Below are positions 1 to 8,268 of a stretch of 24,000 bases of DNA, piece by piece. The first letter of the stretch is position 1. The number at the start of each line of letters is the position of its first letter. The notes under the pieces were generated by a model. That model was not told the DNA's origin. It saw nothing but the letters and a program-made list of their open reading frames with translations, and made no database searches. The position numbers and the translations under genes were made by a program. The stretch is from Nitrospirillum sp. BR 11828 (lineage in GTDB: Bacteria; Pseudomonadota; Alphaproteobacteria; Azospirillales; Azospirillaceae). The DNA lies in assembly GCF_034427435.1 (NCBI RefSeq), contig NZ_JAXQNP010000003.1, positions 458,268 through 482,267 of the forward strand. Direction: 5' to 3'.

Positions 1-1
1 C

Positions 2-1176
2 CTGGTGCATCACCTCATGACCTGCGGCATGACGGTGGACGAGGCGCCAGGCGGCATCCAAGCCCGCAACCAGTTGCTGTGGATCCTGGCCGTGCAGGAC
101 GGAAGCCTGACCGGGGCCTGCGCGGAGGGAAGCCGGGCCGTCCTGCCCGACGTCATCCTGATCGACCATCACATGCCGGACCTGGACGGCCCCGGCCTGG
201 CCGCCTGGATCAGGGCGGAGCCACGGCTGGCCGGGGTCCGCCTGCTGCTGGCCAGTTCGCTGGAGACACCGGCGGCGGCCGGAGACAAGTTGTTCGACGC
301 CGTGGTGCCCAAGCCCATACGCCGGCCCCAGCTGCTGGAGGCCCTGGGCCAGGCGTGCGGGCTGCTCATGGAGCCGGAGCCGGCGGCGGCGCCAACCGCC
401 CCTCCCCCGCCCGAGGCCGCCCAGGGGCGCATCCTGGTGGCGGAGGATAACGTCACCAACCAGACCATCGCGTCGGTGCTGCTGGAAAAGGCGGGCTACC
501 AGGTGCAGATCGCGGAAAACGGCGAACAGGCCGTGCGCGCCTGCCTGCAGACCCGGTTCGACCTGGTGCTGATGGATGTGCAGATGCCGATCATGGATGG
601 CATCGAGGCGACGCGCCGCATCCGCGCCGCGGACCACCGCACGCCGCTGATGCCCATCATCGCCATGACCGCCAACGCCATGACCGGCATGCGGGAGGAC
701 TACCTGGCGGCCGGCATGGACGACTATGTCTCCAAGCCGTTCAAGACCGACCACCTGCTGGGCATGGTGGCGCGCTGGCTGGCGGAGCGGGCCCCCCAGC
801 CCGCCGAACCGGAGGAGGACACCCTGCTGCTGGAACCGCGGGTGCTGGCCCGGCTGGAGCGGACCCTGCCCCCCAAGAGTTCCGCGTCCTGGTGGATGGC
901 ATCATCAACCGTGGCCGGAGCCGCCTGGAAACCGTGCTGGATCTGGCGGCGGCGGATGCGCCGGCGGCGCTGCGCGACGCCACGCGCGACTTGGTGGCCA
1001 TGGCCGACAGTTGTGGCCTGGTGAAGCTGGCCCGCGAGGCGCGGCGGCTGGGTGACAGCCTGGCCGGCACCGACGCCGGATCGGAGATGGCGGCCCGGTT
1101 GCCACCGCTGGCGGAGATGGGCCATCGCTCCTGGGACGCCCTGCGCCAACGCTTTCTGGGGGAACCGGTATCCTGA
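2..1176 (+). pseudogene. 3' part of a hybrid two-component protein (partial REC, complete REC, HPt-like domain). The frame is broken by an apparent 1-nt deletion in a C6 run at 869-874.
   Basis: Frame 2 (ORF 5..1024, open to the window edge) gives two receiver domains: ...PDVILIDHHMPDLDG... and RILVAEDNVTNQ...DLVLMDVQMPIMDG...AMTANA...DYVSKPF. After LERTLPP the frame-2 tail becomes W/R-rich nonsense. Frame 1 (ORF 892..1176, open upstream) reads QEFRVLVDGIINRGRSRLETVL...ATRDLVAMADSCGLVKLAREA, an HPt-type helix pattern. Adding one C to the run joins the two frames. Confidence 0.6.
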
Positions 1177-1198
1177 CGATCCGCATCCCGTAAATAAT

Positions 1199-1226
1199 GA
1201 GGGCCGCCCCAAGCGGAGCGGCCCTC
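1199..1226. terminator. Stem-loop shared by two convergent genes (putative bidirectional terminator)
   Basis: Perfect 9-bp inverted repeat GAGGGCCGC (1199-1207) / GCGGCCCTC (1218-1226) with a 10-nt loop. It lies between the + gene stop (1176) and the - gene stop (1252). A T-rich tail exists only on the minus-strand side (TCATTATTTAC). Confidence 0.55.
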
Positions 1227-1251
1227 TTGAGCGCGGAACGGACCGGACGGT

Positions 1252-4248
1252 TCAGAAGCGGAACTTGCTCACGAACCGGGCATCGTACCCGATGTAGCCA
1301 TGGCGGCTTTCGCCCCCCAGTTCCAAGGCGATGTCGGAGTAGCGGTTGCCGCCCTGCACGGTCAACCGGGCGATGGGGCCGCCCCCGACCATGGACTGGG
1401 GCACCAGGGTGAAGCTGGAGCCGCCGGCGAAGCTGGCGGTGGTGTCGCCCGGACCGTCGCCGAACACCTGCTTCCAGCCCACGGTCAGCGCCGGCCTCCA
1501 TTGGAAATCGCCGCCAAGCTGGGTGCCGAAGGTCAGCGCCGCCTCGGCGTTGCCCTGCTGGCCCGTGCGCTCCGCGATATTCAGGTTGAAGGCGTCGGTC
1601 CCGCCGCTTTCCTGGTGGGCGCCATCGGACAGGACGAAATAGTCCAGCGAGGCCGTGGGCCGGACGAACATGAAGCCCAGTGACTGCTCATACCCCAGGC
1701 CGACATGGGCATCGCCCATGTAACCGGTCCAGTGCGCGCTGGCGTCACGCTCGAACGAGGCGCTGTTGTCGTCCGTGCCGGTGAAGACGCGCGTGCTGGA
1801 GAAGCGGATATAACCGGCGTTCACGCTGGCGTTGGCCATCAGCCCGCCGTAGCGGTCGCGCCAGTAGGCGCCGCCGGTGAAGACCTGGCCCTTCACCTGG
1901 TTGCCGCTGGAGGCATCGGGGTCGTTGACCGCCGTGATCATGTAAGCGCTGGACAGGCCGACGACGCCGACATTCTCGACGGACTTCTCATAGCCGCCCA
2001 TCAGGGCCACGCCATTGCCGTTGTAGCCCGGGCCCTGGTCGCGGTTCTGCGACACGGCGAAGCCCAGTTCCTGCACCCAGGCGCCGCGCTTCTCATCCAC
2101 CATGGCCACGCTGGTGTCGGCCTCGGTACGGGCCAGCGCCATCATGCCGCGGTTCAGCAACTGGAACGGGCCACCGTTATAATCCGGCAGCATCTTCTCA
2201 TAGAGGCTGCCGAAGGTGCTGGCGCTGGTGGCGTTGAAGAACGCCTCGCCCATCTGCGTGTCCTTGTCAAAGGCGCCGTAGACGGCGTTGAAGGCGCTGG
2301 CGCCGACGGTGATGCCCGCCTCGGCCGCGGTGCGACGCGCCACGTTCACCGTCACCGTGCCGGCCGTGGTGTCGGCGGCGATGTTGGCCTTGTACCAGTA
2401 GGACACGTCACCCAGCAGCGACTGGTCGGTGGTTCCCACACTCAGGCTGCTGGCCTTGATGACCGTGAAGCTGTTGCTGTCGGTGACCTTGCTCTTGAAG
2501 ATCAGGCCGATCTTGGTGCCCGAGGCCAGCGACGCGGCGCCGGAAACGTTGAACAAGGTGTTGGTGTTGTTGACCGGGTCGGCGGTGAAGTCGATCTCGC
2601 CGCTGGAGCCCACGGTCAGCGACCGCATGTTGATGGTGCTGGTGCTGGTGTCGCGCAGTTTGCCGTTGTTCACCGTGGCGGCCAGGGTGCCATCGCTGGT
2701 CAAGGCGCCGGAGTAGACGGCGCCGCCATCGATGGTCAGGGTGTTGGTGCCGCTGCCGAAGGACAGCGCGCCGGTGACGGTGCCGCCGGTCAGGTTGACG
2801 GTGGCGTCGCCGGACCCCAGCAGGACGTCGCCGGTGATGGTGCCGGAGCTGTCGATGGTGACGCCGCTGGTGTTGGCGCGCAGGTCCAAGGCCGTGGCCG
2901 TGCCGGTGGTGCCGGTGTTGTCGGTCGATTCCGACACCTTGGCCAGGATGGTGCCGGTGTTGGTGATCTGCGTGACGGTGCCGGACGCGTCGTAGATCGC
3001 GACGGCGTTGCTGGCGACCGGGGTCGTGGCGCCGGCGAAGCCCGTGGCATAGGCCGCGACGCTGCCGCTGATGACCAAGTTGCTGATGGACGCGCCACTG
3101 GCGATGGAAATGGCCGTCGCCTGCGAGGACTGCGAGGAAACGGTGGTGCTGATGGAACCGGACACGGTGATGTTGGGCGAGGTGGTGCCCGAACCGACCT
3201 GGATGCCGGTGGAGTCCGCCTTGTAGGACAGGGTCGTCAGGCTGCCGGCCACATCGATGCCGCCATCGACCAGGACCGGGCTGCCCAGGCCCCCGATCTG
3301 CACGCCGGTGGTGCTGAAGCCGTCATAGACGCCGTTGGCCACGACGGCACCCGCCAGCACCAGGCCATAGGGGCTGCCCGGCACGGCGCCCAACTCGACC
3401 GTATTTCCGGCATCGCCGATCAGCAGCGCGGGGGCGGAGCCGTTGGAGGTGATGGACCCCGTCGACAGCAGGTTGAGGCCGCCCGTCGTGGTCGCGGAAA
3501 TGCGGAAGGCGGCGCCGCCCTGCAGTTCGTCATTGGCGGTCAGCGCCGCGAAACCGGCGGTGGTGGTCGGGCGGGTGGTCGACAGATAGCCGGTGGAGCT
3601 GACGGCGCCCGAAACCTGCACCGTCCCTTCGGTCACACCGTCCAGCGCGACGCCAACCGAACCAGTGCCAAGTGCGCTGACGGTACCGGAAATCAGGATG
3701 GTGCCGGCGGTGATCGCCGTGGTCTGGATGCCGTAGGAGTTGTTGCCGGTCACCGAGACCGTGCCGCTCATGGTCAGGCTGCCGTCCATCTCGGTCGCGA
3801 CCCGGATGCCGGCGCTATCGTTACCCCGCACCGTCAGGGTGGCCGAGGTGTTGATGTCGCCCGTGAACACCCCCGTGCCCGTGACCCAGATGCCATTGCG
3901 CCGCTCGGCCGAGGTCAGCGGAATGGTGGAACTGACGCTGCTATCGGTCAGGGTCAGGGTGCCGCTGAGGCTGACACTGCCGGTGTTGCCCCCCTTCACC
4001 AGGACGCCGGTCGTGTCATCGCTGCCGGTGATGGAAATCGTGCCCGAGCTGCTGACGGCGTTGCTGCTGTCAAGCGTCACCGCCGCCCCGCTGGAGGGGC
4101 TGACCGTGCCGGTGATGGTGAGGTCGCCGGCTGTGGACGTCGCCACCCCGCTGGACCGGGTGTCGGAGATCGTCGTCGCCGCGTGGAGATCGGTCAGGGC
4201 GGCGAGGCACAGGGGCGCGGCGGCCACCGGCGCGAGAAGACGCTTCAT
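1252..4248 (-). CDS. Autotransporter outer-membrane protein (signal peptide, long G/T/S-rich passenger, C-terminal beta-barrel)
   Basis: 998-aa ORF. The N-terminus MKRLLAPVAAAPLCLAALTDLHA looks like a Sec signal. About 700 aa are degenerate GT/GS/SG-rich repeats typical of beta-helical passengers. The C-terminal ~280 aa show an alternating beta-strand pattern and end ...ARFVSKFRF, a terminal aromatic typical of OM barrels. AGGCAGGA lies upstream of the ATG. Confidence 0.9.
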   Translation of the reverse strand: MKRLLAPVAAAPLCLAALTDLHAATTISDTRSSGVATSTAGDLTITGTVSPSSGAAVTLDSSNAVSSSGTISITGSDDTTGVLVKGGNTGSVSLSGTLTLTDSSVSSTIPLTSAERRNGIWVTGTGVFTGDINTSATLTVRGNDSAGIRVATEMDGSLTMSGTVSVTGNNSYGIQTTAITAGTILISGTVSALGTGSVGVALDGVTEGTVQVSGAVSSTGYLSTTRPTTTAGFAALTANDELQGGAAFRISATTTGGLNLLSTGSITSNGSAPALLIGDAGNTVELGAVPGSPYGLVLAGAVVANGVYDGFSTTGVQIGGLGSPVLVDGGIDVAGSLTTLSYKADSTGIQVGSGTTSPNITVSGSISTTVSSQSSQATAISIASGASISNLVISGSVAAYATGFAGATTPVASNAVAIYDASGTVTQITNTGTILAKVSESTDNTGTTGTATALDLRANTSGVTIDSSGTITGDVLLGSGDATVNLTGGTVTGALSFGSGTNTLTIDGGAVYSGALTSDGTLAATVNNGKLRDTSTSTINMRSLTVGSSGEIDFTADPVNNTNTLFNVSGAASLASGTKIGLIFKSKVTDSNSFTVIKASSLSVGTTDQSLLGDVSYWYKANIAADTTAGTVTVNVARRTAAEAGITVGASAFNAVYGAFDKDTQMGEAFFNATSASTFGSLYEKMLPDYNGGPFQLLNRGMMALARTEADTSVAMVDEKRGAWVQELGFAVSQNRDQGPGYNGNGVALMGGYEKSVENVGVVGLSSAYMITAVNDPDASSGNQVKGQVFTGGAYWRDRYGGLMANASVNAGYIRFSSTRVFTGTDDNSASFERDASAHWTGYMGDAHVGLGYEQSLGFMFVRPTASLDYFVLSDGAHQESGGTDAFNLNIAERTGQQGNAEAALTFGTQLGGDFQWRPALTVGWKQVFGDGPGDTTASFAGGSSFTLVPQSMVGGGPIARLTVQGGNRYSDIALELGGESRHGYIGYDARFVSKFRF

Positions 4249-4589
4249 TTGCTGAGAAATCCTGCCTGTTCAGACGAATTAAGAAGTGCGGAGCCGGCCT
4301 TAGGGGACACGAGCGGAGAGGGGTCGGCTGGGGTTACGGTGGTGGTGCGGGACCTGATCACGGTCCCTACGGCCCCGGTTACACGCGGTGGCGATCGAAT
4401 CCCGGCGCGGGTTGGCGAAAAAAATTCCCACATTCGCAAGCATCGGCGTATTTGCCGCAGCCCCGCGCGGGAGACGGAGCGGGCCTTGGAGGCGCCCCGG
4501 GAGGGGATGCCATATCCCATTTGCAACTGGCGGCGGTGCCGGAAGCTGGCGTAAGGTTCGACGTCCCTGGCCTGTCGGAACGCGAGCGC

Positions 4590-4943
4590 ATGAAGGAACT
4601 CCGCTGCATCGTCTTTACCGACCGCGAAGTGGTGAGCGCCATCACCGAACGGCGGCGCAAGCTGAACGAGGCCTTCCCCGAGGGCGAGGTCAGCGCCCTG
4701 GAATACACCATCAACCGCGGCGTCACGGCCCGCCTGTCCGTCACCCTGGAAGGGGCGGCCAACGATGTCGCCATCCCCGAGCAGGAACTACAGGCGGCCC
4801 TGGTGGGCTATTGCATGTCGCGCAACGTTCCCCTGCCCGTCGTGTCCGACAAGGCGCTGTATGTCATCAAGGGTCGGGCCACCCTGATGATCACCATGAA
4901 TTTCCGTAAGCCCGCCCGCCTGGTTGTTTTGGGAACGGAATGA
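4590..4943 (+). CDS. Hypothetical protein, 117 aa, no family recognised
   Basis: This is the in-frame ATG inside ORF 4452..4943. From MKELRCIVFTDREVVSAITERRRKLNEAFPEGE... the composition is protein-like and third positions are G/C-rich, whereas the upstream extension is G/A/P junk. A strong terminator follows. The start codon choice is uncertain because the RBS is weak. Confidence 0.55.
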   Translation: MKELRCIVFTDREVVSAITERRRKLNEAFPEGEVSALEYTINRGVTARLSVTLEGAANDVAIPEQELQAALVGYCMSRNVPLPVVSDKALYVIKGRATLMITMNFRKPARLVVLGTE

Positions 4944-4971
4944 CCCTGGTTTTCTGACACGTACTGAAATG

Positions 4972-5007
4972 AAAAAAGGGCGGTCCCTTGCGGATCCGCC
5001 CTTTTTT
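4972..5007. terminator. Bidirectional rho-independent terminator between the 117-aa gene and the flagellin gene
   Basis: A6 run (4972-4977), stem GGGCGGTCC (4978-4986), loop CTTGC, stem GGATCCGCCC (4992-5001, one bulged T), then a T6 run (5002-5007). The A-run and T-run flanks give a U-tail on either strand. Confidence 0.85.
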
Positions 5008-5105
5008 CGTCGTGCTCGCCAACCCCAATGAGGCCAGCCCAAATGGGAGCCGGCCAAATTGGGCTTGGCCGGGATGGGGACGGCGCCCCATCCCGCCATC
5101 ACCCC

Positions 5106-6971
5106 TTAGAACAGCTTCAGGATGGCCTGCTGGCTCTGGTTGGCCAGCGACAGGGTGGTGACACCCAGCTGCTGACGGGTCTGCAAGGTCAGCAATTCCG
5201 CACCGGCCTGGTTCTGGTCGACCTGGACCAGGCTGTCGGCGCCATCCGATAGGACGTTGTTGAAGGCGTCGGTGAAGTCGGAACGGGTCTGGATGACGTT
5301 GAGGTTGGTGCTGAGCGTCTGACCGGCCGACCGCAGCTGGTTCGTGGCGTAGGTCAGCTGGGCCACCGCGGCGTCGATGTCCGAGCGGTCCAGGAAGTCG
5401 TTCTGGGCATAGTCCAGACGCAGGCCCTGGCCGTCGGTGGTGACGTTGGTGGACTTCACCGTCAGCGAGTTGGTGTTGGTTTCGTTGAACTGCACCGACA
5501 GGTCGTTCTGCGTGTTCGCCGGCGTCTGCTGCGTCGTCGTCAGGTTGGCGAAGGCGCTGACCGACGCCGCCTGCATGATCTTGGTCGAGTCGACGTTGAT
5601 GCGCACCGTGCCCGTGGTGAAGGACATGGCGTTTTCGCCGTCCGCCAGCTTGCCGCTGCCACGATCGTTGTTGCCCGACCGGGTGATGGACACGCCGTTC
5701 AGGTCCGTCGCGGTGACGGCGACATCCACGTCCTTTTCAACGGTCGAGGTGCCATTGCCCGACGTGCCCAGCGCCTCAAGGGTGGTCCGGTCCACCGTGA
5801 ACGACACCACCGTGCCCGACGAGAAGGACACGGAAATATTCTTCGTCAGGGCGTTGGACGCCGAGGTGCCCAGGGTGAAGGTGTTGGCCGTGCCCGTGAG
5901 GCCAGGGGCCTGGATCGTGAAGGTGTTGCTGCCAGCGTTCGGAGTCACCGTAAAGGTGGACAGCGAGCCACCGGCGACAGTCGCGGACGAGACCTTGGCG
6001 GCCAAGCCAGCGGCGATGTTCGCCTGACGAGTGGCCGCGTCCGGCGCCGCCACGTCACCCGCCGACGCCGTGTAGCTGAAGGACGTGCCGTTGACGGTGG
6101 CGGTGAAGGTGTCGCCCTGATCGACGTTGCCCGTGATGCTGACGGTCGACAACTGCTTCGTGCCGGACACACCGACGGTGGTCAGCGAGTTGGAGACGGC
6201 CTGGGTGTTGTCGAAGAAGGTGATGGACCGGGATTCGGTGCCTTCCGTGATCACGGCCGTGCGGGTCTGGCCCACGGCGCCGCGCATTTCGATCGACACG
6301 TCGGAGAAGTTGCCGGCGGTCGCGCTGAGCTTGCCGGAAACTTTCAAGCCGAACAGGCCACGGGCGGTTTCGGTCGCGGCGATGTCGCCGGCGTTGCCGG
6401 AGATATCACCCGTGCCGGACACGCGGATGGAATAGGTATCCGACGTGGTCACGTTGGTGACGCGGCTGTTGGACAGGCCGGTGATGGAATTGATGGTCGC
6501 CCGCGACACGGAGGTGGCGTCGAAGGTCTGGCCACTGCCGGCCAGCAGATTCTTGCCACCATAGCCGCTGTCGGCCGCCAGCTTGTCGATCTGGTCCTTG
6601 ATGGCGTTGAACTGGTCGGCCAGCGACTTGCGGGTGGCGATGGCGCCCGGATCGTTGCCCAGGTTGGAGTAGGCCGAGGTCGTCAGGCCCTTGGCCTGGT
6701 CGATCAGCTTCTGGATGGAGGTGACGCCCTGGTTGCCCGCCTTGATGGTGCTGATGGCCTGGCCCATCGCATCCTTCAGGGTGGACAGGTCGCTGGCACG
6801 CTGGTTCAGACCCTGCGCGGCGAAGAAGGACGTGGGGCCGTCCAGCGCGCTGTTGATCTTGTTGCCCGTGGACAGTTGAGCCTGGAGCTTATCGATCGAG
6901 CTGTTGGTGTTCTGCAGCAACAGCAGGTTCGAACGCATTGCCGAAGAAAGCGCGACTTGAGAGGACATCAT
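5106..6971 (-). CDS. Flagellin (long alphaproteobacterial type with a large central variable domain)
   Basis: 621-aa ORF. The N-terminal block is MMSSQVALSSAMRSNLLLLQNTNSSIDKLQAQLSTGNKINSALDGPTSFFAAQGLNQRASDL. The C-terminal block is ...QLRSAGQTLSTNLNVIQTRSDFTDAFNNVLSDGADSLVQVDQNQAGAELLTLQTRQQLGVTTLSLANQSQQAILKLF. There is no Cys, His or Trp. AAGGAG sits 4 to 7 nt before the tandem ATGs (6971 and 6968). Confidence 0.95.
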   Translation of the reverse strand: MMSSQVALSSAMRSNLLLLQNTNSSIDKLQAQLSTGNKINSALDGPTSFFAAQGLNQRASDLSTLKDAMGQAISTIKAGNQGVTSIQKLIDQAKGLTTSAYSNLGNDPGAIATRKSLADQFNAIKDQIDKLAADSGYGGKNLLAGSGQTFDATSVSRATINSITGLSNSRVTNVTTSDTYSIRVSGTGDISGNAGDIAATETARGLFGLKVSGKLSATAGNFSDVSIEMRGAVGQTRTAVITEGTESRSITFFDNTQAVSNSLTTVGVSGTKQLSTVSITGNVDQGDTFTATVNGTSFSYTASAGDVAAPDAATRQANIAAGLAAKVSSATVAGGSLSTFTVTPNAGSNTFTIQAPGLTGTANTFTLGTSASNALTKNISVSFSSGTVVSFTVDRTTLEALGTSGNGTSTVEKDVDVAVTATDLNGVSITRSGNNDRGSGKLADGENAMSFTTGTVRINVDSTKIMQAASVSAFANLTTTQQTPANTQNDLSVQFNETNTNSLTVKSTNVTTDGQGLRLDYAQNDFLDRSDIDAAVAQLTYATNQLRSAGQTLSTNLNVIQTRSDFTDAFNNVLSDGADSLVQVDQNQAGAELLTLQTRQQLGVTTLSLANQSQQAILKLF

Positions 6972-7225
6972 TCATCTCCTTTTGAGCTGCCGGAGGGCGG
7001 CCGTTTGGGCCGGTCTGATCCTTCTGGCGAGAGCAAGCTGCTGGTCCCATGTCACCGAAAGCGCCACCCGCCCGATGCCGGGGGGGCCTAAGTCCCCGTC
7101 TCCGGGCGGCGGTCCCTCCCCGCCGACGCGGCGGGAATGGGTCCGTCCGGGAAAGTCCGGGGGCACTACGCTGTCATGGGCGCCATCAACCTCCTCTGAT
7201 GGACGGTTAGGTTCGGCTCACGATC

Positions 7226-7241
7226 CGCAGAAACCGTGCCA
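7226..7241 (-). promoter_or_regulatory. Sigma-54 (RpoN) -24/-12 promoter of the flagellin gene
   Basis: The minus strand reads TGGCACGGTTTCTGCG. TGGCACG is exact and TGC of the -12 element sits at the canonical spacing (consensus TGGCACG-N4-TTGCW). It lies about 255 nt upstream of the flagellin ATG. Confidence 0.65.
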
Positions 7242-7342
7242 ACAGCCGGGGAAGATGTTTACGTATCTGTGAATAAAGGGATTTTTGGCGTTTACGGGCA
7301 AAACCCCGACAAGTTCGCAAACAAATGGGCCGGCCATATTTT

Positions 7343-7379
7343 CCCGGCGCCCGGTCAAATTTGCCGGGCGGCCCGGTCA
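7343..7379. promoter_or_regulatory. Candidate enhancer (UAS) for the sigma-54 promoter: a GC-rich dyad plus a direct repeat
   Basis: Dyad CCCGGC (7343-7348) - N14 - GCCGGG (7363-7368). Direct repeat GCCCGGTCA at 7349-7357 and 7371-7379, 22 bp apart. These sit about 100-140 bp upstream of the -24 element, the usual distance for bEBP sites. An AT-rich stretch (7255-7325) lies in between. Confidence 0.3.
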
Positions 7380-7469
7380 GGGGCGGTCGGGATTTCCTGG
7401 CGGACCGCCCCCGGACGGAACCGGGGTGGGGGGCGCATCAGGCTTGCCGGCGGCAAGCCGCTTTCCTGA

Positions 7470-7499
7470 TTGACCATGGGCCCGGGAACCGCGTAAACC
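7470..7499 (+). promoter_or_regulatory. Possible sigma-70-type promoter for tRNA-Pro
   Basis: TTGACC (7470-7475), an 18-nt spacer, then TAAACC (7494-7499), ending 17 nt before the tRNA 5' end. This is a hexamer match by eye only. Confidence 0.3.
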
Positions 7500-7516
7500 C
7501 TAGCTCGCGATGGTCC

Positions 7517-7593
7517 CGGGGCGTAGCGCAGTCTGGTAGCGCGACGGTTTTGGGAACCGTAGGCCCCCGGTTCGAATCCGGGCGCCCCGACCA
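7517..7593 (+). tRNA. tRNA-Pro (anticodon UGG)
   Basis: Hand-folded cloverleaf. Acceptor CGGGGCG/CGCCCCG. D arm GCGC-AGTCTGGTA-GCGC. Anticodon arm ACGGT-TTTGGGA-ACCGT (anticodon TGG). Variable AGGCC. T arm CCCGG-TTCGAAT-CCGGG. Discriminator A and an encoded CCA. Confidence 0.95.
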
Positions 7594-7702
7594 TCGCCCG
7601 GATCGGCGCCGACGGGCGACGTCCGGCTCCAAAGCCGCCCGGCGGCCGTTCAAGCCGGACGGCGGGCACCAAGCGTTGTGTTCAACCGGGGACGTTCCAG
7701 AG

Positions 7703-8008
7703 ATGCAGGTTCGTATCTATCAGCCGGCCAAGACGGCCATGCAGTCCGGCCGCGCCAAGACCCAGTCGTGGATCCTGGAATATGAACTGGCCACCCCCCG
7801 CCGGCCGGAACCGCTGATGGGCTGGACCAGCTCGGGCGACACCCTGAACCAGGTGAAGCTGACCTTCGACAACGCGGAGGAGGCCATCGCCTACGCGACG
7901 CGCAAGGGCTGGACCTACGAGGTCATCACCCACAACGACCGCATCGTCCGGCCGAAGAATTACGCGGACAACTTCCGCGCCGACCGTCCCCGCGTCGGCC
8001 GTTTCTGA
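7703..8008 (+). CDS. NDUFS4-like small protein (ETC complex I subunit conserved-region family), 101 aa
   Basis: MQVRIYQPAKTAMQSGRAKTQSWILEYELATPRRPEPLMGWTSSGDTLNQVKLTFDNAEEAIAYATRKGWTYEVI...PKNYADNF is the characteristic pattern of this alphaproteobacterial/mitochondrial family. The longer ORF 7325..8008 runs through the tRNA-Pro gene, so the ATG at 7703 was chosen. Confidence 0.9.
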   Translation: MQVRIYQPAKTAMQSGRAKTQSWILEYELATPRRPEPLMGWTSSGDTLNQVKLTFDNAEEAIAYATRKGWTYEVITHNDRIVRPKNYADNFRADRPRVGRF

Positions 8009-8057
8009 TACCCTGTCGATATCGGGCGTCCCGGCCCTGGGATCGGGACCGCCCTGG

Positions 8058-8134
8058 GGCCCCATAGCTCAGTTGGATAGAGCAACCGCCTTCTAAGCGG
8101 TAGGTCGCTGGTTCGAATCCAGCTGGGGTCGCCA
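8058..8134 (+). tRNA. tRNA-Arg (anticodon UCU)
   Basis: Hand-folded cloverleaf. Acceptor GGCCCCA/TGGGGTC (one G-T pair). D arm GCTC-AGTTGGATA-GAGC. Anticodon arm ACCGC-CTTCTAA-GCGGT (anticodon TCT). Variable AGGTC. T arm GCTGG-TTCGAAT-CCAGC. Discriminator G and an encoded CCA. Confidence 0.95.
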
Positions 8135-8268
8135 TCCCCCAACGACTTTTTACTTCTGTGCCAGGGCGCCGCCCATCCGTGCGCCCGTTGCCGTGGCTGG
8201 GGATTGGACGGAGAGGCCCACGCAGGCCATACTCGCGCTGGCAACCATTGTGGTGGGCGAGCGTCCCC

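Noticed and set aside
1705-4554. 949-aa plus-strand ORF covering the whole autotransporter locus
   Set aside because: It is antisense to a gene with a clear signal peptide and barrel. Its product is G/A/R/V/D-rich low-complexity sequence. Stop-free antisense frames are expected when the sense strand has G/C at nearly all third positions.
7257-7296. GTTTACG repeated 33 bp apart upstream of the flagellin promoter, with GGCGTTTACG recurring at 21666
   Set aside because: Short 7-10-mers recur by chance many times in 24 kb, and no dyad or conserved context surrounds them.
7325-7702. N-terminal extension of the NDUFS4-like ORF
   Set aside because: The extension reads straight through the tRNA-Pro gene and has non-protein-like composition. 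The family-typical sequence begins at the ATG at 7703.
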